Shown here: one piece after another, positions 10,280 through 19,322 of the stretch | How the letters are laid out: each line of letters starts with the position of its first letter | Position numbering within the stretch: the stretch's first letter is position 1 | Assembly (NCBI GenBank): GCA_963836205.1 | Contig: CAWIIV010000001.1 | Coordinates: 1-54,121 of the forward strand | Length of the DNA: 54,121 bases | Direction: 5' to 3' | Source: an uncultured Acidimicrobiia bacterium | GTDB taxonomy: Bacteria; Actinomycetota; Acidimicrobiia; Acidimicrobiales; AC-14 | Notes under the pieces: generated by a model | Told to the model about the DNA's origin: nothing | Seen by the model: only the letters and a program-made list of their open reading frames with translations | Database searches by the model: none | Program-made: the position numbers and the translations under genes

Positions 10280-11023
10280 TCAGGACGAGGCCCGGTCGAC
10301 CTCCGGCCGATGTTCGTCGCGGAGGACCCGGAGGACGTCGTCGACGTCGGACAGGTCGTGGCGAAGGGCGTCGGGGGCGAGGGTCGAGAGATCGTCGAAC
10401 GGCGTGCGGCCGGTGGCGACGAGCAGGCACCGGACGCCGCCCGCCCGGGCGCAGGCGAGATCGTTGGCGGTGTCGCCGACGACCCACGTACTGCCGGCAC
10501 CGACGTCGAGCCCACGGAGCCGGCGGGCGTTGTCGAGCGCGATAGGGACCAGCTCCAGGCGGTCGGCGTGGTCGCTGCCGTAGGCGCCGATCTCGAGGTC
10601 GAGCCACCGGTCGAGCCCGAAGGCGGCCAGCTTGACCGCGGCATTGGCCCTGGTGTTACCGGTGAGGACCGTCTGGTGGACGGACTCGTCGGCTGCCAAC
10701 CGGGCCAGGGCCTGGCAGACCCCGGGCAGCACGGTTCCGGTCTCCGCCAGCCGCGCCGATGAGCCCGCCACCTCCGCCTCCAGCGCCTCGATGACGCTCG
10801 GCAGCCGGCCGTCGGGGTCGTCGACCTCCATCAACAGCAGGTACTCCCGCAGGATCTGGGGATCGGTCTTGCCGCTGAGGAAGATCCGGGACGGGGGGCC
10901 GACGCCGAGCACCCGGGCCAGGGCCTGGTCGAACACCGCCCCGCCGATGCCCCGGGTGTCGACGAGCGTGCCGTCGACGTCCCAGAGCACGAGCCGGTCC
11001 ACGCCCGACCCTACGTCCGCCAC
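10280..11023 (-). CDS. HAD family hydrolase/phosphatase
   Basis: Motif I LWDVDGTLVD, LTGN, VVGDTANDLACA. Confidence 0.9.
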   Translation of the reverse strand: MADVGSGVDRLVLWDVDGTLVDTRGIGGAVFDQALARVLGVGPPSRIFLSGKTDPQILREYLLLMEVDDPDGRLPSVIEALEAEVAGSSARLAETGTVLPGVCQALARLAADESVHQTVLTGNTRANAAVKLAAFGLDRWLDLEIGAYGSDHADRLELVPIALDNARRLRGLDVGAGSTWVVGDTANDLACARAGGVRCLLVATGRTPFDDLSTLAPDALRHDLSDVDDVLRVLRDEHRPEVDRASS

Positions 11024-11213
11024 CGGCGTCCCGGCACCGACGACGCGGCCGGTTTCAGGACGGCACGGCGGGGAGGGAATCGCCCACGTCCCTCGGCAAC
11101 GAGCTCGGGGACCACGGGCCGACGGTCAGCAACATCACCGGCTGGTTGGGGTCATTCCCCGCCGACAGGCCTCGGCGGCGGGTGACCGCGGGAATTCCCC
11201 TGTCTCCCCCGGG

Positions 11214-11684
11214 TCAGCCCGGGTCGTGGGGGGCGGCGGCACCGGGCCGGGGGAGGCGCCGGCCGGAGATGAGGCTGGGCACGATGCGCACGTAGTGCCC
11301 GGCGACTCCCGGCATCCACGTCGGTGCCGCTCCCGACCGCAAGGACTCCGAGAACCAGTCGTCGCGATCGGTGATCTCCTCCGCCACTCCCTGGACGACG
11401 ACGCTCCACCCCTGTCCGGCGGCGGCATCGACATCGTCGACCTCGAACGCCACCTTGGCCGACGGGGCGACGTCCAACTTCGACCCCTCGCCGGTGCGGA
11501 AGACGACGACGTCGCCGTGAACGGCGTAGTTGACGGGCAGCACCAGAGGCTGGTCGCCGACGACGAAGCCCAGCCGCCCGACGTTCCGGCTGGCGAGCAG
11601 GCGGAGGCATTCCTTCCTCGGGATGATCTCCATCCCGGAATGGGCGTCCATGTCCACATGGTGACGCCCGGCCGGCGCCGCCAC
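11214..11684 (-). CDS. Pyridoxamine 5'-phosphate oxidase-like (flavin-binding) protein
   Basis: ECLRLLAS..VGRLGF, PVNY, FRTGEGSKL, VAFEVDD, GWSVVVQG. The true start may be a few codons downstream. Confidence 0.85.
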   Translation of the reverse strand: MAAPAGRHHVDMDAHSGMEIIPRKECLRLLASRNVGRLGFVVGDQPLVLPVNYAVHGDVVVFRTGEGSKLDVAPSAKVAFEVDDVDAAAGQGWSVVVQGVAEEITDRDDWFSESLRSGAAPTWMPGVAGHYVRIVPSLISGRRLPRPGAAAPHDPG

Positions 11685-11973
11685 CAGAGGCCATGGTCAC
11701 CACATCGGCGCCCGCTCGGCGTGACCATCGGACGGCGCGCGGGGGACCATCGCCTCTGGCGCCTCGGTCGCCGAATGGCGAATCCTTGAATCGCAGTGCA
11801 AATGAACGGCTGGGACCTGTTGCGCTCTTCGACAGCGGGATTGACCGCGCTTTGCACCGACCTTCGACGGCGAACAATCGCTCGGCGCTTGCCGCACCGA
11901 CAGCCTCCCCGTTCATCGTGCCCCCCCGATGTCGGCCACCAATCCGGTCGTTGCGGCGGGCCCCCGTTCCTCC

Positions 11974-12528
11974 CTATGGGCGGACGAAGAGCGCAACCCC
12001 GGCGACGCCGACGCTCGTCAGCGCTGCGCCCACGCAATTGCCGGCGAGGCCCGTTGGGATCACCCCAAGTGCGGCGATGCTCGTGCCTGTCAAGGCACCG
12101 CTGACAATGCTCCCGGTGACAATCGGGATCGGTGCCCCGAGAACTGCGCTCCAGGAAAACGTCGAGGTATCCCCATTGTTCCAGGTGAAGGCGACCGTTC
12201 CCTGCGCAGTACCCGTCAAGAGGCCGATAGACAGGCAGCCGACGTCACCGGAGCCGGAGATCTGACCACTACCACCCGTATACGGCGTACCGTTCAGCAC
12301 GGAACTACACCGTGTCGCCGAAAGCAGACTCGTCCCCGCCAAGGCCTGGCCGGTGATCTGCTGAGGTCTACGGGCCAGAGTAAGGCCAGGGTTGAAATCG
12401 ATCTGCAGCAATCCCGGGCACACGAGGTCGACCCCCGACGCTGCATTCGCGGCCCCACCGGCGCCGACACCGATGAGCGGAAGGGCCATCAACATCGCGA
12501 TCGCCGCGCGAAGAACTCGTCTCCTCAT
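11974..12528 (-). CDS. Secreted hypothetical protein with 4 Cys
   Basis: Signal peptide MRRRVLRAAIAMLMALPLIGVGAGGAANAA, followed by a Gly/Thr-rich, probably beta-rich mature region. Confidence 0.7.
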   Translation of the reverse strand: MRRRVLRAAIAMLMALPLIGVGAGGAANAASGVDLVCPGLLQIDFNPGLTLARRPQQITGQALAGTSLLSATRCSSVLNGTPYTGGSGQISGSGDVGCLSIGLLTGTAQGTVAFTWNNGDTSTFSWSAVLGAPIPIVTGSIVSGALTGTSIAALGVIPTGLAGNCVGAALTSVGVAGVALFVRP

Positions 12529-13127
12529 GAACCCCCGCTCACAGAGTCGCACTATGGATTGCCTGTTTCAGGGAAGAGTACCCGAACCCACCTACCCAGC
12601 AAATGGGCTCCAGGCCACCTCCAAGGCCGGAGAATGGGCGGGTCAAGCCCAGCCCTGTTCCCCGCGTGCCGCTATCGAGCTCGCAGTGCAACGTTCCCTG
12701 GGCAACTTGAAGGAGAAGGAGCCGGGCGGCTTCCGCCTCGGCGAACATCTCACGGTCGAGGACGTCGCTGGACGCGCATGCGGTTTGACTGATCGCCGAT
12801 TGGGGCCGCGCTCGAGCGGACACGTCCCAAGGAGGCGCGCATCGACCCGTCGATGCGAGAGCGACGGCCGCCCCGTCCGGCGGCCTCGGCTGCCCAGCCC
12901 CGTGCCGTGGCGGAGGGCGGCCGAAGTTGTGGGATTGTTGGGTATGCGCCCGGTCCGGAAAGGGCGACACTAAGGGCAGCGGCGGACCCTCCCTCTCCTC
13001 GGGATCCCTGGCGGCACGCGCCTTTCATGAAGACCGCCAGTTGCGGCGGCGGTGGTTATCCGGAGTTGTTGCAGGATTGAACGGCTCCGTCTTGCCGCTG
13101 AGACTCAGGTCAGGAGGCACACTTCTT

Positions 13128-13388
13128 GTGAATACGCCGCGTCTGCGCACCTCACGATGCGCCGTGATCGACTCCGTCGCGGACGCTGCCGACGCCACCT
13201 ACTGCCACGGCCAGCTCGAACTGTCCACAGCCGGCGCGGATCTGCTCATGCCGACCCTCGCTGTCAGCGAAGCAAACTTCCCGTTCGCCTTGAGAGAGGC
13301 AGTGAAACTGAAGGATGACACCGACATCCGCTGTCAGGGCATGACGTTCCACACGACGTGGACAGCCCAGTTTCAGGCCGTTCGATAA
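13128..13388 (+). CDS. Small hypothetical protein or gene fragment
   Basis: AGGAGG SD before GTG at 13128, coding-like codon usage, ends just before a hairpin. No family recognised. Confidence 0.3.
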   Translation: MNTPRLRTSRCAVIDSVADAADATYCHGQLELSTAGADLLMPTLAVSEANFPFALREAVKLKDDTDIRCQGMTFHTTWTAQFQAVR

Positions 13389-13403
13389 GAAGAAGTAGCA
13401 CGT

Positions 13404-13434
13404 CGGGTCGACGGGACTTCGCCCCGTCGACCCG
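13404..13434. terminator. Stem-loop downstream of tRNA-Ala
   Basis: Perfect 12-bp inverted repeat CGGGTCGACGGG / CCCGTCGACCCG with a 7-nt loop, between convergent transcripts. Confidence 0.65.
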
Positions 13435-13464
13435 GCAAGCCTGGGGCTGACCTGGGCGTTCTTG

Positions 13465-13537
13465 TGGAGCTGAGGGGACTCGAACCCCTGACCCCTTGCA
13501 TGCCATGCAAGTGCTCTACCAACTGAGCTACAGCCCC
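13465..13537 (-). tRNA. tRNA-Ala(GGC)
   Basis: GGGGCTGTAGCTCAGTTGGTAGAGCACTTGCATGGCATGCAAGGGGTCAGGGGTTCGAGTCCCCTCAGCTCCA forms a cloverleaf with anticodon GGC and a G3:U70 pair. CCA is not encoded. Confidence 0.97.
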
Positions 13538-13548
13538 GAAGTCGGGCT

Positions 13549-14360
13549 TCACCCTACCAGTGGCCTGGCACCGCGGATCGACGGTTCGGCCCGCGCCCGA
13601 GCCCCGGTCGCGGCCCGGATGAGCTTCTCGAACGCCTCGGGCGCCTCCAGTTGGGGCAGGTGGCGGGCGCCGTCGATGACCTCCACCGTCGCCCCCGCCC
13701 GATCGCCGAGCACCGCCGCGGCCAGCCGGCGCCAGGGAGGGCTGGTCGAGCCGACGCCGGCCACGAGGGCGACCGCCGCGAGCCGGGCCAGGTCGGCGCC
13801 CGTCGGGGCGAACTCGATGAATGCGGGCACCTCGGCCCGGACCACCTCGCACCGCCCGACGATCGCCGCCAAACCCGACGCCGGCAACGCCGCCATTCTC
13901 TCCTCCCCCACCAACCCGGCCATGAACTCGAGGACACCCTCGGGCCCGGCCCCCGAAGCGGCCAGGCGGGCGGCGGCGGCCTGAAGAGCAGCGTGGAGGT
14001 CGGGCGCCAACGGGCCGAAGACGGGCTCGTGGACGACGGCCGCCCGCACGACCGAGGGGGCGGCCATGGCCAGGGCCAGCACCAGGGTGGCGCCGCCCGA
14101 GACTCCCACCCACGTCGCCGTCCGCCACCCCCCGGGCCGCCAGCCAGCCCCAGCAGGTCGTCGACCTGCTCCGCCACCGACGCCGTCGCGGGCACGGCGT
14201 CGTCCGGTCCGTAGCCCCGGCGATCGGGCACCAAGACCCGATGGTCGGCGGCCAGGGCGGCGGCCACCTCGGCGAACGCCCACGCCCCGATCCCGACCCC
14301 GTGCACCAACACGACGACCGGTCCATCCCCGACGTCCGACGTCGCCAGTGGCACCGTCAC
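13549..14360 (-). CDS. Alpha/beta hydrolase (two 1-nt frameshifts within about 14118-14151)
   Basis: VVLVHGVG, PDRRGYG, nucleophile GVSGG, HEP, GARHLPQLEAP. GTG start overlaps the amidase stop. Removing two G residues restores DLLGWLAARGVADATWVGVSGG. Confidence 0.8.
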
Positions 14361-15829
14361 CAACCGATACGGCACCTCTCCACCGCGCTGCCCACGGCGA
14401 CGACGAGGTCCTCCCGCCACGGGGCAGCGACCAGTTGCACCCCCACCGGCAAACCCTCCGACCACCCGCACGGCACCGACAGGGCAGGGAAGCCGGTGAG
14501 GCTCCACGGGATGGCGTTGCGGGACAGGAGCATGAGGTGGCGGGCGAAGTCGGCGAGCGGCGGCGCCACCGCGGGGACGGTGGGCATGGCCAGCACGTCG
14601 AAGTCGGCGAACACCAAGTGGAAACCGTCGGCCAGGTCGGCGCGCAGGGTCTGGGCGTCGAGGTACTCCATCGCCGACAGGTCCCCCGCCGCGTCGAGTT
14701 GGTCGGCCACCTCCTCCCAGTACAGAGAACGGTCGAGGCCCAGGCGGCGGTGGAAGGCGGCTGCCTCGCACCGGCTGATGAGGAGGCCGGCGGCGTTGGC
14801 CGCCTCCAGGTCGTCGGCCGTGGGACGGGCTGCGCCCGACACCACGCATCCCATCGCCGCCAAGCCGTCGAGCACCTCTCGCACGCACGCCTCCACGCCT
14901 GGGTCCGCACCCGCGAACGCGGCCTCGGGCACGCCGACACGCAGTCCCGCCACTGACATCCCCGCCCGGTCGACCAGCCTGCCGGCCGCGAGCCCCCGAC
15001 CGCGGAGCACGTCCATGACCAGCGCCGCGTCGGCCACCGACGAGGTGACGGGAGCGACGTGGTCCATCGTCCACGAGAGAGGGACGACGCCCGCGGTGGG
15101 CACCGACCCGTAGGTCGGCTTGAACCCGACCACGCCCGACAAGGCCGCCGGCACCCGGATCGACGCCCGGGTGTCGGTGCCCAGCGACGCCAGGCCCATG
15201 CCGGTGCTGACGGCGATCGCCGACCCACCGCTCGATCCGCCCGGGATGCGCGTCTGGTCGTGGGGGTTGCGGCTCTGCGGCGTCGTCACGCCCAGGGCGA
15301 ACTCGTGGGTGGACACCTTGGCCAGCACGATGGCGCCCGCCGCCCGCAGCCGGGCGACGCCCACCGCGTCGACAGCGGGCACGTCGAGGTAGGCGGCCGA
15401 CCCGCACCGGGTGGGGACCCCAGCCACGTCGATGATGTCCTTCACCGTCACCGGGATGCCGTGGAGCGGCCCCCGCCACCGCCCAACCGAAGCCTCGGCG
15501 TCGCACTCCGCCGCCTCCGCCCGGGCGGCCCCGTCCAGCAACTCGACGACCGCCATCAGCTCGGCGTCGTGCTTCTCGACGGCCGACAGCGACTCCTCCA
15601 CCAGCTGCGAGCTGGTGACCAGGCCTGCCCGCAGGTCGGCGGCGGCGGCCTGCACCGAACCAAGGACGGTGCCGGCCGGCCCGTCGCCAGCCGGCCCCAA
15701 CGGTTGGCCCCCTCCCGGAGGGACGTAGTCGTACGCGGGGCGCCGGTCGGCCCGGCCCGGCCGGTACCCCGCCACCCGCGCCCGGGCCGCGGCCACCGAC
15801 TGGTGGCCGAGGCTGCCGGTGGGCTTCAA
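14357..15829 (-). CDS. Amidase-signature family enzyme (candidate allophanate/carbamoyl hydrolase)
   Basis: GPLHGIPVTVKD (Lys), GGSSGGSA, GTDTRASIRVPAALSGVVGFKPTYG (Ser-cisSer-Lys triad). TTG start overlaps the biuH stop. Confidence 0.9.
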   Translation of the reverse strand: MKPTGSLGHQSVAAARARVAGYRPGRADRRPAYDYVPPGGGQPLGPAGDGPAGTVLGSVQAAAADLRAGLVTSSQLVEESLSAVEKHDAELMAVVELLDGAARAEAAECDAEASVGRWRGPLHGIPVTVKDIIDVAGVPTRCGSAAYLDVPAVDAVGVARLRAAGAIVLAKVSTHEFALGVTTPQSRNPHDQTRIPGGSSGGSAIAVSTGMGLASLGTDTRASIRVPAALSGVVGFKPTYGSVPTAGVVPLSWTMDHVAPVTSSVADAALVMDVLRGRGLAAGRLVDRAGMSVAGLRVGVPEAAFAGADPGVEACVREVLDGLAAMGCVVSGAARPTADDLEAANAAGLLISRCEAAAFHRRLGLDRSLYWEEVADQLDAAGDLSAMEYLDAQTLRADLADGFHLVFADFDVLAMPTVPAVAPPLADFARHLMLLSRNAIPWSLTGFPALSVPCGWSEGLPVGVQLVAAPWREDLVVAVGSAVERCRIGW

Positions 15830-16515
15830 CCGGCGCTCAGGACGCTCAGCAACGCGCTCGACGGCGCCACCGCCCCGAACACCCCGCCCTGCATCTTCAC
15901 CATCTGGAGCGCGGCCAGGTAGTTGTCGTAGTCGGTGGCCCCCGTGCAGTCCTCCAGCAGCAGGCACTCGTAGCCCCGGTCGTTGGCATCGCGCATGGTG
16001 GTGTGGACGCACACGTCGGTGGTGATCCCGGTGAAGATCAGGTGGGTGATGCCCCGGGTGTGGAGCAGGAGATCGAGGTCGGTGGCGTAGAACGACCCCT
16101 TCCCGGGCTTGTCGATGATCAGCTCGCCGTCGATGGGCGCCACCTCGGGGACGATCTCCCACCCCGGCTCGCCCCGGGTGAGGATGCGGCCGCACGGCCC
16201 GGCGTCGCCGATGCCGGCGCCGATGCGCTTCGACCGCCACAGCTTGTTGGGCGGGCAATCGGACAGGTCGGGACGGTGGCCTTCCCGGGTGTGGATCACG
16301 GTCATCCCCACCGCCCGGCAGGCGGCCAGCACCTCGGCCGTCGGCTCCAGGCCGGCCCGGGTGAGCTTCAGGTCGTAGCCCATGGCGTCGACGTAGCCCC
16401 CGGGGCCGCAGAAGTCGACCTGCCAGTCGATGCAGACCAGCGCCGTCTTCGCCGGGTCGACCCCCCCGTCGTAGGGCCAGGGGTAGGGATCGGCGTCAAC
16501 CGTGCCGAAGGTCAT
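15826..16515 (-). CDS. biuH: Biuret hydrolase-like cysteine hydrolase (isochorismatase superfamily)
   Basis: DADPYPWPY, IDWQVDFCGPGGYVDAMGYDL, HTREGHRPDL, WRSKRIGAGIG, IDKPGKGSF, GITTDVCV, ANDRGYEC, KMQGGVFG. D-K-C triad intact; close to the BiuH sequence as recalled. Confidence 0.88.
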   Translation of the reverse strand: MTFGTVDADPYPWPYDGGVDPAKTALVCIDWQVDFCGPGGYVDAMGYDLKLTRAGLEPTAEVLAACRAVGMTVIHTREGHRPDLSDCPPNKLWRSKRIGAGIGDAGPCGRILTRGEPGWEIVPEVAPIDGELIIDKPGKGSFYATDLDLLLHTRGITHLIFTGITTDVCVHTTMRDANDRGYECLLLEDCTGATDYDNYLAALQMVKMQGGVFGAVAPSSALLSVLSAG

Positions 16516-17084
16516 GGCTGCTCCTCGAGAAGCGCGTCACAGAACGCGGTGGTGGTGCCCAGGGCCCCGAAGATGCCCCCGGACATGGTGATGCTGGCCA
16601 GGGCCCGGGGGCCGACGTCGGCGTCGTGGAAAGCGGAGGCGTCGGCGAGGGCCAGGCACTCGTAGCCGCGGTCGTTGGCCGCGCCGAGCGTCGAGTGCAC
16701 CGCCGTCTCCAGCCCCAGGCCGCCGACCGCCATCCGGTCGATCCCCCGCCGCCGGAGCTCGCCGTCGAGCGGCCCGCCGGAGAATCCCGACAGACCGGCG
16801 CAGTCGACGACGAGGTCGCCGTCGACGAGGTCGACGACGAGGTCGCCCGCCAGCCGGCGGGCCAGGGAGTGCCGCAGCACCACCACCAGCCCCCCGGCGT
16901 CACGGACCACCTTCGCCGTCGTCGCCAGCCGCTCCAGGACCTCGTCGGCATCGACCGTCCGGGCCGCGAACCACGCCTGGCCCCCGGCCACCACCAGCGC
17001 CAGCCGGCGGGCGTCGAGGAGCCCGTCGTACGGCCACGGGTAGGGCCGGGTCCCGGAAATGTGGGTCCCAGAGATGTGGGGCAA
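16512..17084 (-). CDS. BiuH-like paralog lacking the catalytic triad
   Basis: Shares PYPWPYDG, VHSTL..ANDRGYECL and MSGGIFG with the adjacent BiuH, but D->G, K->C and C->A at the triad positions. Confidence 0.8.
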   Translation of the reverse strand: MPHISGTHISGTRPYPWPYDGLLDARRLALVVAGGQAWFAARTVDADEVLERLATTAKVVRDAGGLVVVLRHSLARRLAGDLVVDLVDGDLVVDCAGLSGFSGGPLDGELRRRGIDRMAVGGLGLETAVHSTLGAANDRGYECLALADASAFHDADVGPRALASITMSGGIFGALGTTTAFCDALLEEQP

Positions 17085-17091
17085 AGGTGGC

Positions 17092-18252
17092 CTACGTGGG
17101 GAGCTTGCCGACGACGCCCTGGACGAAGAACGTCTGGCCCTCGATGGCCACGTAGTCGGGGACGACGCCCTCGGCGAAGATCACCTTGCCCGACTGGTCG
17201 AGGACCGGGCCCTTGAACGGCGAGCCGTCCGGTCGGGAGATGGCCGCCTTGGCCGCCTCGATCTGGGCCTTGGTCTCCTCCGTCACCGACGGGCCGTACT
17301 TGGACTGCACGAACGGGTTGTCGCCGGTCTTCAGCCCGACCCGGTAGTTGTCGTTGTACTTGCTCCCGGTGAAGTCACCTGCCAGGACCGTCCTGACGAT
17401 GTCGATGTAGAGGGGTCCCCACGACCACTCCGAGCCGGTGAGCCAGCCGTTGGGCGCCAGGGCCGAGCCGTCGGCGTGGTAGCCCACGGTGAAGGCGCCC
17501 GCAGCCTCGGTCTTCTCGATGATCGTCTTGGTGCAGTCCTGGTGCTGGGTGATCACGTCGACACCCTCCGACAGCAGGCTGTTGGCCGCCTCCGCCTGCT
17601 TGGCCGGGTTGCACCAGTCCGAGGTGGCGACGGTGTAGGTCTGCACGGCCGGGTTGACCGAGGCCGCGCCCAGCTGGAAGGCGTCGATGTTCTCGGTGGT
17701 CTGGGTGATCGGGAAGGCGTAGACGTAACCCAGCTTGTTGGACCTGGTGGCCTTCCCGGCGGCGATGCCGGCCAGGTAAACGGGCTCGTACACGGTGCCG
17801 AAGTAGGTGCCGAAGTTCGCCGGCGTGGCGCCCTTGATGAGGTTCCCCTGCTGGATGACGACCACGTCGGGGTGGGCCTCGGCGACCTTGGCCGCCGGGT
17901 CGAGGTGCCCGTAGCTGGTGGCGAAGATGATCTTGGCCCCCTTGGAGACCATGTCCTCCATGACCCGGGTGGCATCGTCGGTCTCGGGGACGTTCTCCGC
18001 GGTGAGCACCTTGAGCTCGGGGAACGCCTTTTGCACCGCCTGGCTGCCGTCGAAGGCGGCCTGGTTGTAGCCGACGTCGTCCTTTGGCCCGATGAAGATG
18101 AACCCGATGGCCTTACCACCGGTGCCCGGCGCGGTGGCCGCCGGGGTCGTGCCTCCCGACGTGGTCGTGTCGGTGCCGTTGCTGCTGCACGCCGCGGTTG
18201 CGAGCGCCAGGGCAGCGAACAACACCGCTCCCAGCCGCCATCGTCTGGTCAT
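17092..18252 (-). CDS. BMP-family ABC transporter substrate-binding lipoprotein
   Basis: Lipobox ATAAC, IGFIFIGPKDDVGYNQA, IFATSYGH, YLAGIAAG, DVITQHQD. Confidence 0.93.
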   Translation of the reverse strand: MTRRWRLGAVLFAALALATAACSSNGTDTTTSGGTTPAATAPGTGGKAIGFIFIGPKDDVGYNQAAFDGSQAVQKAFPELKVLTAENVPETDDATRVMEDMVSKGAKIIFATSYGHLDPAAKVAEAHPDVVVIQQGNLIKGATPANFGTYFGTVYEPVYLAGIAAGKATRSNKLGYVYAFPITQTTENIDAFQLGAASVNPAVQTYTVATSDWCNPAKQAEAANSLLSEGVDVITQHQDCTKTIIEKTEAAGAFTVGYHADGSALAPNGWLTGSEWSWGPLYIDIVRTVLAGDFTGSKYNDNYRVGLKTGDNPFVQSKYGPSVTEETKAQIEAAKAAISRPDGSPFKGPVLDQSGKVIFAEGVVPDYVAIEGQTFFVQGVVGKLPT

Positions 18253-18305
18253 TGCTTGTCTCTCCTTGTGTGCGTCGAAATCGGCTGTAAGGGGCTCGGG
18301 TTCAT
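18249..18305 (-). other. 18-aa micro-ORF bridging the permease stop and the BMP start
   Basis: MNPSPLQPISTHTRRDKQ*, with ATGA overlaps at both ends. Confidence 0.3.
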
Positions 18306-19219
18306 GAGGCGGGGGCCATCTCGAAGACCTTCCGGAGGCCCTCGGGGGCGGCGTGGAGCCGCTTGCGTCCCAGGAAGATCAGGACGAGGACGGTGACCAC
18401 GTACGGCAGGGCGTCGAGGGCGAACTGGTTGATGCCGATGCCCCGGGCCTGGAGGGCGGGCGACAGGGCCAGGGCGGCACCGAAGAGGTAGGCGCCGGTG
18501 ACGCACTTCAGCGGGTGCCAGGCGGCGAAGATCACCAGGGCCACGGCGATGAAGCCCCGGCCGGCGGTCATGTTCTCGAACCAGGCGTTGGCGTAGGCGG
18601 TGGCCAACTGGGCCCCGCCGATGCCGGCCAGGGCGCCGCCGCCGCACACGGCCAGGTACTTCACCCGCAGGGGCGAGTGGCCGTAGGCGGCGAGGACCTC
18701 CTCCCGCTCGCCCGCGGCCCGCACCAGCAGTCCCCACCGGCTGCGGTAGAGCAGCCACCACATGGCCGGACCGACGGCGTAGGACAGGTAGGTGAGGGGG
18801 TCGTGGTCGAAGAAGATCTCGCCCAGCCAGGGGATGCTCGACAGGCCGGGGATGGCGACGGGGTGGAAGGCGTTGATCGACTCGCGGACGTAGGAGGCGC
18901 CGAACAGCGAGGTCAGGCCCAGGCCGAGGAAGAGCACGACCAGGCCGGTGGCCAGCTGGTTCGCCTTCCGCGACAGCACCAGCACGGCGTGGATCAGGGC
19001 CAGCAGCCCCCCGGCCGCCGCCCCCGCCAGCAGACCGGCCCACGGGCTGCCCGTCTGGGCCGTCACCGCGTAGGCGGACAGGGCGCCCACCAGCATGCAG
19101 CCCTCGGTGCCGAGGTTGATCACGCCGGCCCGCTCGGAGAGGGTCTCGCCCAGGGCCGCGTAGAGGATCGAGGTCCCCCCTCGCACCGCCCCCACCATCA
19201 CCTGCAGAAGCAGGTCCAT
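18302..19219 (-). CDS. ABC transporter permease (nucleoside/BMP type)
   Basis: AALGETLSERAGVINLGTEG, RAAGE, GRGFIAVALVIF, LPYVVT. Confidence 0.93.
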   Translation of the reverse strand: MDLLLQVMVGAVRGGTSILYAALGETLSERAGVINLGTEGCMLVGALSAYAVTAQTGSPWAGLLAGAAAGGLLALIHAVLVLSRKANQLATGLVVLFLGLGLTSLFGASYVRESINAFHPVAIPGLSSIPWLGEIFFDHDPLTYLSYAVGPAMWWLLYRSRWGLLVRAAGEREEVLAAYGHSPLRVKYLAVCGGGALAGIGGAQLATAYANAWFENMTAGRGFIAVALVIFAAWHPLKCVTGAYLFGAALALSPALQARGIGINQFALDALPYVVTVLVLIFLGRKRLHAAPEGLRKVFEMAPAS

Positions 19220-19245
19220 ACCGGGCTCCCTTCCGTGGTGTCGGT

Positions 19246-19297
19246 CGAACTGGTGACACGGCCAGGCGTGAAATTCGCCGAAAGTGTCACCAGTTCG
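19246..19297. repeat. Intergenic palindrome (REP-like)
   Basis: Perfect 14-bp inverted repeat CGAACTGGTGACAC / GTGTCACCAGTTCG between the two permease genes. Confidence 0.7.
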
Positions 19298-19322
19298 GCG
19301 GTGCGGAGGGCCGCCGCCGACG

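Noticed and set aside
11024-11213. Structured leader or riboswitch upstream of the HAD gene
   Set aside because: A GC-rich hairpin is present, but no conserved riboswitch motif was recognised.
13436-13464. Prophage/ICE attachment site at tRNA-Ala
   Set aside because: No integrase and no second copy of the tRNA 3' end found in the window.
14357-15829. Calling the amidase gatA
   Set aside because: No gatC/gatB nearby, and it is embedded in a catabolic operon.
16512-17084. Calling the second cysteine-hydrolase gene triuret hydrolase (trtA)
   Set aside because: All three catalytic residues are absent.
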